From positions 84,553 through 148,552 of the forward strand of contig MFPS01000006.1 in NCBI GenBank assembly GCA_001782825.1: a DNA stretch of 64,000 bases, read 5' to 3'. The translations under genes and the position numbers were made by a program. Position 1 is the first letter of the stretch; every line of letters begins with the position of its first letter. The notes under the pieces are model-generated. The model saw only the letters and a list, made by a program, of their open reading frames with translations, had not been told where the DNA came from and did not search any database. Below, in pieces: positions 33,167-43,140 of this stretch. The stretch comes from Candidatus Magasanikbacteria bacterium RIFCSPHIGHO2_01_FULL_33_34. GTDB taxonomy: Bacteria; Patescibacteriota; Patescibacteriia; Magasanikbacterales; UBA922.

Positions 33167-34966
33167 TTATTCTTTATTCTTCCTATTTTTTTTAATAATT
33201 TCATCCAATTTTTTGGTAGCTGTTTCTGTTTTACATCTAACCGGGCCTTTACCAGAAATATCTGCAACCGAAGGAGAAACAAAAGTTTTAAACCGCGTCC
33301 CACCATCTTTTTTAATCCCCATATTTATAGCATTGATATCAATACCATATTCAAGTCCCATGCTTGCCTGTCTAAAACCAGGTGATTGACCTTCTTGAAG
33401 AACTCTAACATGCCCTCTGCGACTAATAAAAGATTTAACCTCTGCATCATTACCGTCCCCGGTTGATTCCCTCACCTTTTCAGAGCACTTAATTTCTCGC
33501 AAATGACTCAATATAATATTTTTAATAAATTCACCTTTTCCAGAAAAATTTATAGGTTTTTGTGTTTTTGCATTTCTTGGAATAACATACTGATCCAAAA
33601 GCAACCTAAAAGTATAAAGCCCAATCTTAACATCAACGATAACTTCTTTTTTATTACTTTCATTTATAGTATAGGTGACTGTTTCAAAACCCAATTTTAA
33701 AAGCTCTGGATCTGTTATTTCAACCCTGTCACCTCTCGGACTCAATGAATATCTTGTATTATCCTGAATATCTTGTTTCAAAGAAACATTTAACTCACCC
33801 AATTCTTTCAAACCTTCTTCCAAATCCAAATTATCTGGCATTATTTGTGACAGCGTTTCCCAATATTCAGTATCCAAATGCAATTCGTCAATACCACCCT
33901 CAGTTTTTTTAAGAAATTCTAACAATCCACTATTTATTTCATCCTGAGATAATCCATTGGCAATACTAGTTGCTGTAGGTAATATAACTGAAAAAGTATC
34001 TTCATTATTTTCACTTTTTATAAGTTTTGCGCCTTCATTAGCAACAAATTTTCCTAATTCACCACTTTTAGTCAATGCTCTTAATAAACCAGTTTTATCA
34101 CCTCTTAAAATTTTTTCTATAGGGATATCATTTTCCTTATTATAAAGATCATTTAATTTTTCCATTCTTTTCAATATTATTATTCCCTCATCCTTACCAA
34201 CATCTTTCAACCTTCTATCAAACTCATTTTTAAATTCATCACTTTCATAAATATTAGCTTCAACCTCACTATAATTTTTAACAATATCTTCTAGTCCATC
34301 TGATTTTTGGCTATGCAAACCAATCGCCCCTTCTATTTCCAATCTTTTAGCTAAAATATCATTATCTGATGAAAATTTTGATATCACAAATAAAAGCGCT
34401 TGTCTTGATTCTGTTTTTAATATATCTGTCTTGTACGACAAAATTTCTACAAGTTTATCTGATATTTTTTTATTTCCTGAAAAAAATCCACCCACACAAA
34501 GTTCATAAATAAAATCTACCAACTCCTTTTCATTGCCCAATTTATTAATTTTATTAGTCAATAAAGCTTCAGCCAACTCACCATAAATTTGATCTTCAAC
34601 CATAACCGTCATCCATTTTTCCAAAACACCAGCATCTTTTGGCAAATTTACTTTCTTTAATTTCTCAATCAAAGAATTCTTAAAATCTTCTGACCTATAA
34701 CCAGGTATATCCGCTAACAATTCCAAAGAGTTAATAGTATCAATAGCTCTAGTAGGATCAACAACCAATTCCTTACTCAGTCTATCAATCATTGCTTTTT
34801 GCCTATCTCGCCCTTTAGCCTCTCCTTCTTTCCTCGGCTTATCTACAAAATTGTTAAACTCGCTGACCATATTCATTGATGAAGCTAGCTGAGGGGTAGA
34901 TAAAATAACAGAATCTTCTTCTGATTTTATATATTGTTCTGGATTATAGGAACCTTCAGTTCTCAT
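33167..34966 (-). CDS. Large hypothetical protein
   Basis: 599-aa ORF, helical, C-terminal SRRGHVR motif. Confidence 0.7.
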   Translation of the reverse strand: MRTEGSYNPEQYIKSEEDSVILSTPQLASSMNMVSEFNNFVDKPRKEGEAKGRDRQKAMIDRLSKELVVDPTRAIDTINSLELLADIPGYRSEDFKNSLIEKLKKVNLPKDAGVLEKWMTVMVEDQIYGELAEALLTNKINKLGNEKELVDFIYELCVGGFFSGNKKISDKLVEILSYKTDILKTESRQALLFVISKFSSDNDILAKRLEIEGAIGLHSQKSDGLEDIVKNYSEVEANIYESDEFKNEFDRRLKDVGKDEGIIILKRMEKLNDLYNKENDIPIEKILRGDKTGLLRALTKSGELGKFVANEGAKLIKSENNEDTFSVILPTATSIANGLSQDEINSGLLEFLKKTEGGIDELHLDTEYWETLSQIMPDNLDLEEGLKELGELNVSLKQDIQDNTRYSLSPRGDRVEITDPELLKLGFETVTYTINESNKKEVIVDVKIGLYTFRLLLDQYVIPRNAKTQKPINFSGKGEFIKNIILSHLREIKCSEKVRESTGDGNDAEVKSFISRRGHVRVLQEGQSPGFRQASMGLEYGIDINAINMGIKKDGGTRFKTFVSPSVADISGKGPVRCKTETATKKLDEIIKKNRKNKE

Positions 34967-35428
34967 ATATAATATTATTAAATATTACTTATAATACCAT
35001 ATATAAATTAGCATTTACAATATTTTTACAAACGACATACAAAATAATAAAATAAAAATATTTTTATTATATATTTAATTAAAAAATAAACATTTTGTAT
35101 AAACAATCCTATACAATTTTTTAAAAATATAATTTAAAAAATTAATATTTTTGCCTTAAATAAGCAAAATATTATCAATATTTTACCAAAAATAACCTCT
35201 TACTGAACACCAATTGTAGACAACAATTATGCAAATCCACCCATATTTTTCCATTGTTTGTATAGACTATTGTATACAACTGTGGATAACTCTGTGCAAA
35301 ACTCCAAAAAAAGTGGATAAATCCATAAAAAACACCAAAAAAACTATTTGTATAGACTAGTGTATACATTTTTTATTCATTAAATAAGCCATTTTTTAGC
35401 TTATTTTAGCAAAAAACACCCCTTACTC

Positions 35429-35457
35429 TTGACAAAAGTCCAAAAATATGTTATAGT
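35429..35457 (+). promoter_or_regulatory. Strong sigma70 promoter
   Basis: TTGACA-17-TATAGT with extended TG. Confidence 0.8.
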
Positions 35458-35463
35458 ATATAT

Positions 35464-35918
35464 GTAGTTCATTACAATGTTCTCTATAACTGAAAGGTTA
35501 TGAGAACATCACTCTCCTTTACTGCAAACATTCCTGTTCTCACCCTTGCGAACAGTCCTATCAATATGAAGAAAGATGCTAAATTCCTTTCTACACAGAT
35601 AGCACGTCGCTCAACAACGCCAAGTAAGCGTCCGCTGAAAGGCACAAAAACAAACATAAAAGTTAAAAACAGAGGCGAGACCAGGACGGTGTGATCTCAA
35701 TTTATAGCGGTTCATGCTTCGGCTGAATCGTCGAGATTCCTACCATTTAGTGGTAGAGGGGTTTTCTACCGTTATAACCTTGTCTATGAGTTTTTTCTCG
35801 AGCCATCTGATAATTTAAATAATTGAATTATGAGACGGCTCGAGTACTCATGCAAATATAACGCATGAGGCAGTAGCCATTTATTAATTTATTCGGTGTC
35901 ACTGCCTCTATTTTTTTT
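35464..35918 (+). ncRNA. Candidate ~450-nt structured noncoding RNA of unknown family
   Basis: Lies between a strong promoter and a terminator (GAGGCAGT...ACTGCCTC-T8); many helices; GAAA and UUCG loops; GC-richer than its flanks. Confidence 0.55.
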
Positions 35919-36011
35919 GTAAAATATTTATCATTAATACAAAAAAGACAATAAGTCTTGCCAAACTACAACATTTAATATATAATTATTTCATATTTTA
36001 AAAATAAGTAT

Positions 36012-36404
36012 ATGACCAAAAAGAAATCTGCCTTTACCAAAGAGTTCCTGAATGAAATCAAGGCACTCCTGCTCCAAGAAAAAGAAAATCTCACAGATGA
36101 ACTTGATAGATTTACCAAAAAAAATCCCCACACATCTGATGATTATGATGCTAGTTTTCCAAATTATGGTGATGAAGAAGATGAAAATGCTCGTGAAGTA
36201 GCCCAATATACAGCCAACAAACCCCTAGAAATCACCCTCGAAAAAACCCTAAGGGATACTAACAAAGCCCTAGAAAGCCTTTCCAAAGGGACCTATGGTA
36301 TTTGTAAATATTGTGATCAACCAATTGATGAAAAACGTTTACGAGCTAGACCAACCTCAGGAGCTTGTATTTCTTGTAAAAAAACTCTTACTGACGAGGT
36401 TTAA
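36012..36404 (+). CDS. DksA/TraR C4-type zinc finger protein
   Basis: GTYGICKYC...IDEKRLRARP...CISC. Confidence 0.9.
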   Translation: MTKKKSAFTKEFLNEIKALLLQEKENLTDELDRFTKKNPHTSDDYDASFPNYGDEEDENAREVAQYTANKPLEITLEKTLRDTNKALESLSKGTYGICKYCDQPIDEKRLRARPTSGACISCKKTLTDEV

Positions 36405-36408
36405 TTTT

Positions 36409-36840
36409 ATGCAAAACAAAATTGACCATCTTATATTATTATTCGGTGGTCTTTTTTTATTTTTTTTAGACCAATTTTTAAAATACCTAGCTTATTCTAA
36501 GCAAAATGTTTTTTTTGTATGGAATAAATTAATTGGTTGGGAATTTTATGCCAACAAAGGCATTGCTTTTAGTCTACCCTTTCCCAATACCATACTCTTA
36601 ATTTTTACTCCCATAATAATATTTTTGCTTATAACCTATTACCTAAAAACAAAAAACCAAAATATTCTGCTCAAAATTTCACTTTTACTAATTATACTTG
36701 GCGCAATCTCAAACTTTATTGATAGAATAATTTTTGGGATAACCATTGATTACTTTAGGATTTTCACTATCGTAATCAATTTGGCTGATATAATGATTGT
36801 TTTTGGAGTTTTACTCTTAATGTTTAAAAATAAAAAATAA
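36409..36840 (+). CDS. lspA: Lipoprotein signal peptidase II
   Basis: LDQFLK, NKGIAFS, GAISNFIDR, IDY, NLAD; start moved to ATG 36409. Confidence 0.88.
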   Translation: MQNKIDHLILLFGGLFLFFLDQFLKYLAYSKQNVFFVWNKLIGWEFYANKGIAFSLPFPNTILLIFTPIIIFLLITYYLKTKNQNILLKISLLLIILGAISNFIDRIIFGITIDYFRIFTIVINLADIMIVFGVLLLMFKNKK

Positions 36841-36846
36841 TAAAAT

Positions 36847-38370
36847 ATGTTTATTAAGATAAACTCAATCGCAGTGATTGGTCTTGAATGCGCCCCAGTA
36901 GATGTTGAAATAGATATATCAGGCAGTTGGCCTGGTTTTCAAATTGTTGGCTTGCCAGATACGGCTATACAAGAAGCCAAAGAACGAATACGAACTGCTT
37001 GGAAAAATAGTGGTCTTGATTTTCCTAGCAATAATAGAATTGTAATCAATCTAGCCCCGGCTGATGTACGAAAAGAAGGGGCATCATATGATTTACCAAT
37101 GGCTCTGGGAATGTATATGGCTTCTGAGAAAAAAAATTTTATCAATATCAAAGATAGTTTATTTATAGGAGAATTAGCGCTCGACGGTACTTTGCGACAC
37201 ACACATGGTATTTTGCCAAGTGCAATTTATGCCGCCAAACATGGTTTTAAAAAAATTTTTTTACCTTCATCCAATGCCAGAGAAGCTAGTCTTATTGCCG
37301 GGATTGAAGTCTATCCACTCCAAACTTTCAAAGATTTATTGATGCATTTAAATAATGAAAAAATAATAGAGCCCATGCCTCCAGAAAACATAGATTTATT
37401 GTTTGCAGATGAAAATTATGAAATGGATATGGCTTATATAAAAGGACAAGAATTTGTAAAAAGAGCCCTAGAAATTTCTGCTAGTGGTGCCCACAATATT
37501 TTACTTTCTGGACCACCTGGATCTGGAAAAACACTCTTGGCCCGTACTCTACCATCAATCATGCCATCATTTACAAACGAAGAAGCCATCGAGGTTACCA
37601 AAATTTATTCAGTAGTTGGTCTTTTGCCATCAAACACTCCCCTCATTGTCCAACGTCCATTTAGAGCCCCTCACCACAGTGCTAGTGGGGTAGCGCTCGT
37701 TGGCGGTGGCAGATATCCACGCCCTGGTGAAATCTCTCTCGCTCATCGTGGAGTGCTTTTTCTCGATGAATTTCCCGAATTTCCCCGTATGGTCCTAGAA
37801 AATTTACGCCAACCACTAGAAGATGGCATTGTTACAATTTCTCGTGCCCAAGGTACCTTAGCTTTTCCTGCTCAATTCACTCTAGTCGCCAGTCAAAACC
37901 CTTGCCCATGCGGATATTTTAGCGATCCAGACAAACAATGTCTCTGTTCCACTACCCAAATTTCAAATTACAAAAAGAAAATTAGTGGTCCACTACTAGA
38001 TAGAATTGATTTGCATATTGAAGTGCCTAGAGTTGATTTTAACAAACTCTCCAATGATGAATTATCCGAATCTTCTTCTTCAATAAAAGAAAGAGTAATT
38101 GAAGCAAGAGCAAGACAAACCAATAGATTCAAAAATCTTCCCATATCCACTAACACTGAAATGAAAAACAAAGAAATAAAAGAATTTTGTAAACTTGAAA
38201 ATGATTCTATAGATTTAATGCGTCAAGCCGTAAACAAATTGCATTTATCCGCCAGAAGTTATCACCGTATTTTAAAATTAGCTCGCACCATTGCTGACCT
38301 AAATGCCAGTGATCAGATACGAACTCCCCATATTGCAGAAGCTTTACAGTATAGATGTAAGTCTGAATAA
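36847..38370 (+). CDS. comM: YifB/ComM Mg-chelatase-like AAA ATPase
   Basis: VGLPDTAIQEAKER, GPPGSGKT, LAHRGVLFLDE, NPCPCG. Confidence 0.92.
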   Translation: MFIKINSIAVIGLECAPVDVEIDISGSWPGFQIVGLPDTAIQEAKERIRTAWKNSGLDFPSNNRIVINLAPADVRKEGASYDLPMALGMYMASEKKNFINIKDSLFIGELALDGTLRHTHGILPSAIYAAKHGFKKIFLPSSNAREASLIAGIEVYPLQTFKDLLMHLNNEKIIEPMPPENIDLLFADENYEMDMAYIKGQEFVKRALEISASGAHNILLSGPPGSGKTLLARTLPSIMPSFTNEEAIEVTKIYSVVGLLPSNTPLIVQRPFRAPHHSASGVALVGGGRYPRPGEISLAHRGVLFLDEFPEFPRMVLENLRQPLEDGIVTISRAQGTLAFPAQFTLVASQNPCPCGYFSDPDKQCLCSTTQISNYKKKISGPLLDRIDLHIEVPRVDFNKLSNDELSESSSSIKERVIEARARQTNRFKNLPISTNTEMKNKEIKEFCKLENDSIDLMRQAVNKLHLSARSYHRILKLARTIADLNASDQIRTPHIAEALQYRCKSE

Positions 38371-38483
38371 TGATATAAATTTTAATTGAAAATATATCTG
38401 ACTATACATAATATTGACATTTGATTAAAAAAATGATTATATTTACCTGTCATTTAGACCATTACAAAAAATGGAGACAAACA

Positions 38484-38699
38484 ATGGGATCAGTCGCAGA
38501 ACCATGGTGTAAAGATTGCAACAAACCACTAGATAAACTTTTGTATATAGATCCGGAATGTAAAAGTTGTGGCAAAATAGTTATATGTGAAGTATGTAAC
38601 AATAAACCAGAGAATGTTCCATATAGCTATTGTAGTGAATGTGGCCGACCATCCGATGAGGTGGTCAACCAAAACATAATCGATCGACATACTGACTGA
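38484..38699 (+). CDS. Double zinc-ribbon small protein
   Basis: Four CxxC pairs in 71 aa; SD GGAG; TTGACA promoter at 38414. Confidence 0.65.
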   Translation: MGSVAEPWCKDCNKPLDKLLYIDPECKSCGKIVICEVCNNKPENVPYSYCSECGRPSDEVVNQNIIDRHTD

Positions 38700-38824
38700 T
38701 CCCACACCCCGATACCACAGAATTACCCCTGGTATCTTCTACATGGTATTCGGGGTCAATCAAAAATAACTCAATTAATATGAGTTATTTTTGTTTTAAA
38801 TAATTTTAAATTATTTAATATATT

Positions 38825-39388
38825 TTATTTTTTCTCAACCACAATAAAAGTAGTAAGATTAGGATGATTATCTTGAATACCTTTGTCAACAATTTTCAAA
38901 TTATATATTTGAGCTGATCTGGCTGGCGCTATCACGGCTGAATCTGCACTGATATTACCCTCTGACAAATCCTTAGCAGCTTTCGCGGTATCTTCCCATT
39001 CTACCAATTCTGCATTAGGGAATTCGCGCCTGATGTATCTCTCACATTGCATTATTGCTTGTGAATGAGTTGTTATTTTTTTAATGTCTTCTTTATTTAT
39101 ATCTGGCAACACCATAATACACTGATGTACTTCCATCCATAACTCATCTATAACTCTGAAAATATAATTGCCCATAGCATCAAATGCCGGGCGAACCAAA
39201 CCACCTCTTGAATTAACAACTGGAAAAATTCCTATATCAATCATCTCACTATGCAAATCTCTCAAAACACCTTCCATATCAATAGAAAAAATAATGTTTG
39301 GTTTTATACCTTCTCTACCAGCATAAATTAATCCTGCTTCCTCTGAAAATGAACCTTGCGCGCCTGAAACGCCAATTTTTTTTGTCAT
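38825..39388 (-). CDS. Prephenate dehydratase catalytic domain only (no ACT domain)
   Basis: GAQGSFSEEA, PVVNSRGG, THSQAIMQC, DTAKAA, IQD...NLTTF. Confidence 0.82.
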   Translation of the reverse strand: MTKKIGVSGAQGSFSEEAGLIYAGREGIKPNIIFSIDMEGVLRDLHSEMIDIGIFPVVNSRGGLVRPAFDAMGNYIFRVIDELWMEVHQCIMVLPDINKEDIKKITTHSQAIMQCERYIRREFPNAELVEWEDTAKAAKDLSEGNISADSAVIAPARSAQIYNLKIVDKGIQDNHPNLTTFIVVEKK

Positions 39389-39435
39389 AATATTATTTGT
39401 AAAATCAAAAGTGTTATTTATAATTAGATATTATT

Positions 39436-41628
39436 TCAATTATTTGTATAAAGATAATCTGTATAAATTTCCGTTACACCAAAATTTTTTACTAGATAAT
39501 CAAATATATTTTTGTCATTTATGGTATGTACATATACTGGGATACCTTTTTCTTTTATTTTGGTGCTCACTCCATTCTCTGCCACATCTTGAAACATAGC
39601 AACAGCCGACAAGCCTTCCATTTTTTCTACCCAACTATATACATCGTCTTTGCTTCCAGAATATGCATATAATGTCCAAATTATATTTTTGTATCCCAAT
39701 TCTTTCACTGCATTGTAATCCTCTGGATTATATATTTGTGGAATAATCCTATCAGCATACTCATCAAAACTTTCTTTTATTAATTTTAACCCATTTAGGT
39801 TAAAATTGGTGTCTTTAATATCTGTTACTATTTTAATTTTTTTATTATTTTCTAGCCAATCAACTAGTGTATCCAATGTACATATAGTAAATTCTTTTTT
39901 ATTTTGAACCAACTTTTCAAACTCCACCAAAGATACTCTCTCACTTTTTTGACCAAATAATTGTTCAAATGTTTTACCCCAATCATGAATACAAACCAAT
40001 TCCCCATCTGAAGTAAAAGATAAATCAATTTCCAAATATTCCATACCATTTTCAACACTATTTTGCATTGCTTCAAAACTATTGGTATAAACATTCTCAC
40101 CCAAACCACCACCCGCATGAGCTATTCTTTTTATTACAAAAATTTTTTCATTTTTTGTTTCAAGTCCCCACAAAAAATTCATGTCATTCCTCCAATATTT
40201 ATAAGCTCCAGCCAGTACTTCAACTCTATTTGGTTCAGCAATATCTGACATCAAATCCCTACCAAAACCTAATTTTGTTCTATATCCAATAAATGGCAAA
40301 ATCGTAGCTCCAATATCCATAGTAGATCCTTTTTGATTAACTTCTCTTTTTTCCAAATTTTCAAAATCAATCACCATAAACAAATTTTTTCTGTCCCCCT
40401 TTTTTAACATTTTTTCTGCCACATTTGGCAAAGCAATGTGATCTGAGGTAACTACCACTACAGTATCTTTGGCAAATGATGATTCAGATATTTTCTTTAT
40501 AAAATCCGAAATCAATTTATCAGAACAAGCCACCGCATTAAGCATAGAATTTTTACCATTTTTATATTTTATATTATTACATTCTGGCGAGGATTCTCCA
40601 TAAGGATGATGTGTATCCAAAGTCAATACAAACATTGCCTGCTTCTCTTTTTTTGCTGATAATTCAGAAAAATGCTGATAAGCTAACTCAAACAAACTAT
40701 CATCATGAATACCCCAGCTATGTCTAGGTATAGACTGGTCAACCATATCCTCTAATTTAATCCTTCCGTACACTTCATCAAAATTATGATTTTCAAAAAA
40801 TAAATCTTTTCTCCCAAACTTTAATTCTGCCCCACCAAAGTATGTCAAATAATAATTTTCATTTTTTAACAAATCACTCAAACAAATAGCATTTGGCAAA
40901 AATTTTGGCGTATCTACAAAATTCTGATTTCCCGATGGTGTAATCAAAGGTATTCCACACTGACTTCCAACTATTCCACCTATAGTCCATCCATTTCCCT
41001 CCAAAGTCTCTACCGATGAAAAATATGTACTCTGATTACGCCATTTTTTCAATTCTGACATCAAGTCAGGAAAAATATTCTCATCAAAATATGTTTGTTC
41101 CAGACTTTCACCATAGATAAATATAAGATTTTTAGTTTTACCAATTTTTTCTAAATTAACTTCACTATAATAATCATCAAATTCATATTTAAAATTTTTA
41201 TTATCTGGTGTAATCAAAATATCATACAAATTTAATGACATCGGACTAAAAATAAAAGAAGCAAAAACTGACGGATAAGCTAATAACAAAAACTTCTTTT
41301 GAAATTCTCTTTTTTGTGTTCTATGATATATTTTAAAAATAAAAAATACACAAATACTAATCAATAAAACAAACCATACCATTATTTTCCAAAAACTAAA
41401 TATACCTGCACCTTCTACGCCATATTTCATATGATACAAAACTGCCGTGTTAATACCATTCCCCGTCAAAGAATCAAAAACTAAATATATTAAATTATAA
41501 ATACTAAATAAAAAAAGAATCAAAGCAAAAACAATACTTTGAACTTTTTTGGCCCCTGATAAATAAAATGTATATGAAGCAATTATGATTAATAATGATA
41601 TAAAAAATAATAAAATTAATACACTCAT
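39436..41628 (-). CDS. OpgB/LTA-synthase-like phosphoglycerol transferase fused to a C-terminal GDPD domain
   Basis: 4 TMs; YGESLE, GWTIGGIVGSQCGIPL, TLDTHHP, SDH; then IAHAGG, NSFEA, EIDL, CIHDW, DIK. Confidence 0.82.
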   Translation of the reverse strand: MSVLILLFFISLLIIIASYTFYLSGAKKVQSIVFALILFLFSIYNLIYLVFDSLTGNGINTAVLYHMKYGVEGAGIFSFWKIMVWFVLLISICVFFIFKIYHRTQKREFQKKFLLLAYPSVFASFIFSPMSLNLYDILITPDNKNFKYEFDDYYSEVNLEKIGKTKNLIFIYGESLEQTYFDENIFPDLMSELKKWRNQSTYFSSVETLEGNGWTIGGIVGSQCGIPLITPSGNQNFVDTPKFLPNAICLSDLLKNENYYLTYFGGAELKFGRKDLFFENHNFDEVYGRIKLEDMVDQSIPRHSWGIHDDSLFELAYQHFSELSAKKEKQAMFVLTLDTHHPYGESSPECNNIKYKNGKNSMLNAVACSDKLISDFIKKISESSFAKDTVVVVTSDHIALPNVAEKMLKKGDRKNLFMVIDFENLEKREVNQKGSTMDIGATILPFIGYRTKLGFGRDLMSDIAEPNRVEVLAGAYKYWRNDMNFLWGLETKNEKIFVIKRIAHAGGGLGENVYTNSFEAMQNSVENGMEYLEIDLSFTSDGELVCIHDWGKTFEQLFGQKSERVSLVEFEKLVQNKKEFTICTLDTLVDWLENNKKIKIVTDIKDTNFNLNGLKLIKESFDEYADRIIPQIYNPEDYNAVKELGYKNIIWTLYAYSGSKDDVYSWVEKMEGLSAVAMFQDVAENGVSTKIKEKGIPVYVHTINDKNIFDYLVKNFGVTEIYTDYLYTNN

Positions 41629-41633
41629 AATTT

Positions 41634-42995
41634 TTAACGAATATATTGAAGAGGATTGTTTCTTGCTCCGCCAACACGAACTTCAAAGTGAATATGCGGG
41701 CCAGTCGATTGTCCAGTGGAACCCATTGCGGCAATTGTTTGTCCTTGGACAACATCCTCACCGACATCCACATAAAGCTTACTGGCATGACCATACAAGG
41801 TAGTAACTCCACCACCATGATCAATAATTACATAACAACCATAACCACCATTCCAACCACATTGTGAACGAATTACAGTTCCTGCACGAGCAGCATATAA
41901 CGGTGTTCCTACTGGACCCGCAATATCGAGCCCCGTATGACGCCAGCCATAATACTGTGTAATACGTTTAACTGATGTTGGCCAAATATATCGTGATCCA
42001 GCTGGCGCAGTAATTGATGGTGGTGGCGCAGCAATTGAACTAAATGATAAACTGTAACTAGATGTATAAACTGGTTGTGGTTTACTACCGTCAGGGATAA
42101 TTAATCTTTCTCCCACCACAATATCCGCCCCACCTTCTTGTAATTTATTAAATTTAACAATATCATCTACTTTTGCATCATAAAGTTTAGCAATTTTTGA
42201 CAAATTATCACCTGACACAACTTTATGCAAAACACCATTTGTTGGCAAAATTGCCAATTTATCCCCTGGACGAATATAAGAACGAGAAGTTAAATCATTT
42301 GCCCACAAAACAGTCAAAACATTCAAACCATAATCTTGCGCAATTTTACCAACCACCTCTCCAGGTTGTACTACATGATAAATAATCTCACTTCGCTTTT
42401 GTCCAGATGGTGAAATTGTAGGCAATTCTGATCCGGGTAAAATTATTGGTTTATTAACGGCTGAACCACCCGCACTAACACCGGCAATTTCTTGTGTTTC
42501 TAAAGTTGATCCGATCCCAGCTACTCCAGTCGTATCTAAAACCACTGAACCTTCTCTCCAAGTTCTAACTTCTTTTTGAGGTAATTGCTTTAAATCAATC
42601 TCAAACTCCTCAACACCAAAATTTTGATCACCCGGACCAACTAAAACATACAACAATGTATTTTGACCATGAATTTTTTCCGTAGTTTTAGTATAAAGTT
42701 TGCTATGCGGTACCATAACAACAACAGCGATCACAAAAATTACAATCTGCAAAGCCCAACGTTGTCCAAAAAAATCAATAAATCTAACATTTTTTGAAAT
42801 ATTAAGCCGTTTAAAAAGCCTCTTTTTTATAATAAAAAAACCTTTATACAAATAAAAGCCCACAGTTTTACTGTACAATGTATATACTTTGCTTAAAAGT
42901 TTAATGAATTTATTAATAATGACAACAAGAGCCCGCTTTACATAAATTAAACTGCGCAAAAAATATAATAATGCTTTTAACCCTATGCGTTTCAT
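41634..42995 (-). CDS. LysM x2 + M23 peptidase
   Basis: Two LysM repeats; HTGLD, YGH, TGPHIHFE. Confidence 0.92.
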   Translation of the reverse strand: MKRIGLKALLYFLRSLIYVKRALVVIINKFIKLLSKVYTLYSKTVGFYLYKGFFIIKKRLFKRLNISKNVRFIDFFGQRWALQIVIFVIAVVVMVPHSKLYTKTTEKIHGQNTLLYVLVGPGDQNFGVEEFEIDLKQLPQKEVRTWREGSVVLDTTGVAGIGSTLETQEIAGVSAGGSAVNKPIILPGSELPTISPSGQKRSEIIYHVVQPGEVVGKIAQDYGLNVLTVLWANDLTSRSYIRPGDKLAILPTNGVLHKVVSGDNLSKIAKLYDAKVDDIVKFNKLQEGGADIVVGERLIIPDGSKPQPVYTSSYSLSFSSIAAPPPSITAPAGSRYIWPTSVKRITQYYGWRHTGLDIAGPVGTPLYAARAGTVIRSQCGWNGGYGCYVIIDHGGGVTTLYGHASKLYVDVGEDVVQGQTIAAMGSTGQSTGPHIHFEVRVGGARNNPLQYIR

Positions 42996-43140
42996 TTGGA
43001 ATATATTTAAGAAAGCACCCCTGGTGCTAGGGGTATATTAGCATAAATTGATATTTTTTTAAAGACCATAGGATTATCCCTAGGGTTGACAAAATCATTT
43101 TTTTTCGCTATATTATAGCAACTTAATTTAAATACAAAAT

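Noticed and set aside
35257-35368. CRISPR array from the 22-bp direct repeats
   Set aside because: Only two good copies, a 68-bp spacer and no cas genes; no CRISPR array seen anywhere in the window.
35500-35694. 64-aa ORF
   Set aside because: Start codon is buried in a hairpin, there are no recognisable motifs, and it overlaps RNA helices; not excluded but unsupported.
35464-35918. tmRNA or RNase P RNA identity for the structured island
   Set aside because: ACTGCAAAC resembles a tmRNA resume site, but there are no tRNA-like ends or short tag ORF; no GAGGAAAGUCC or P4 motifs on either strand.
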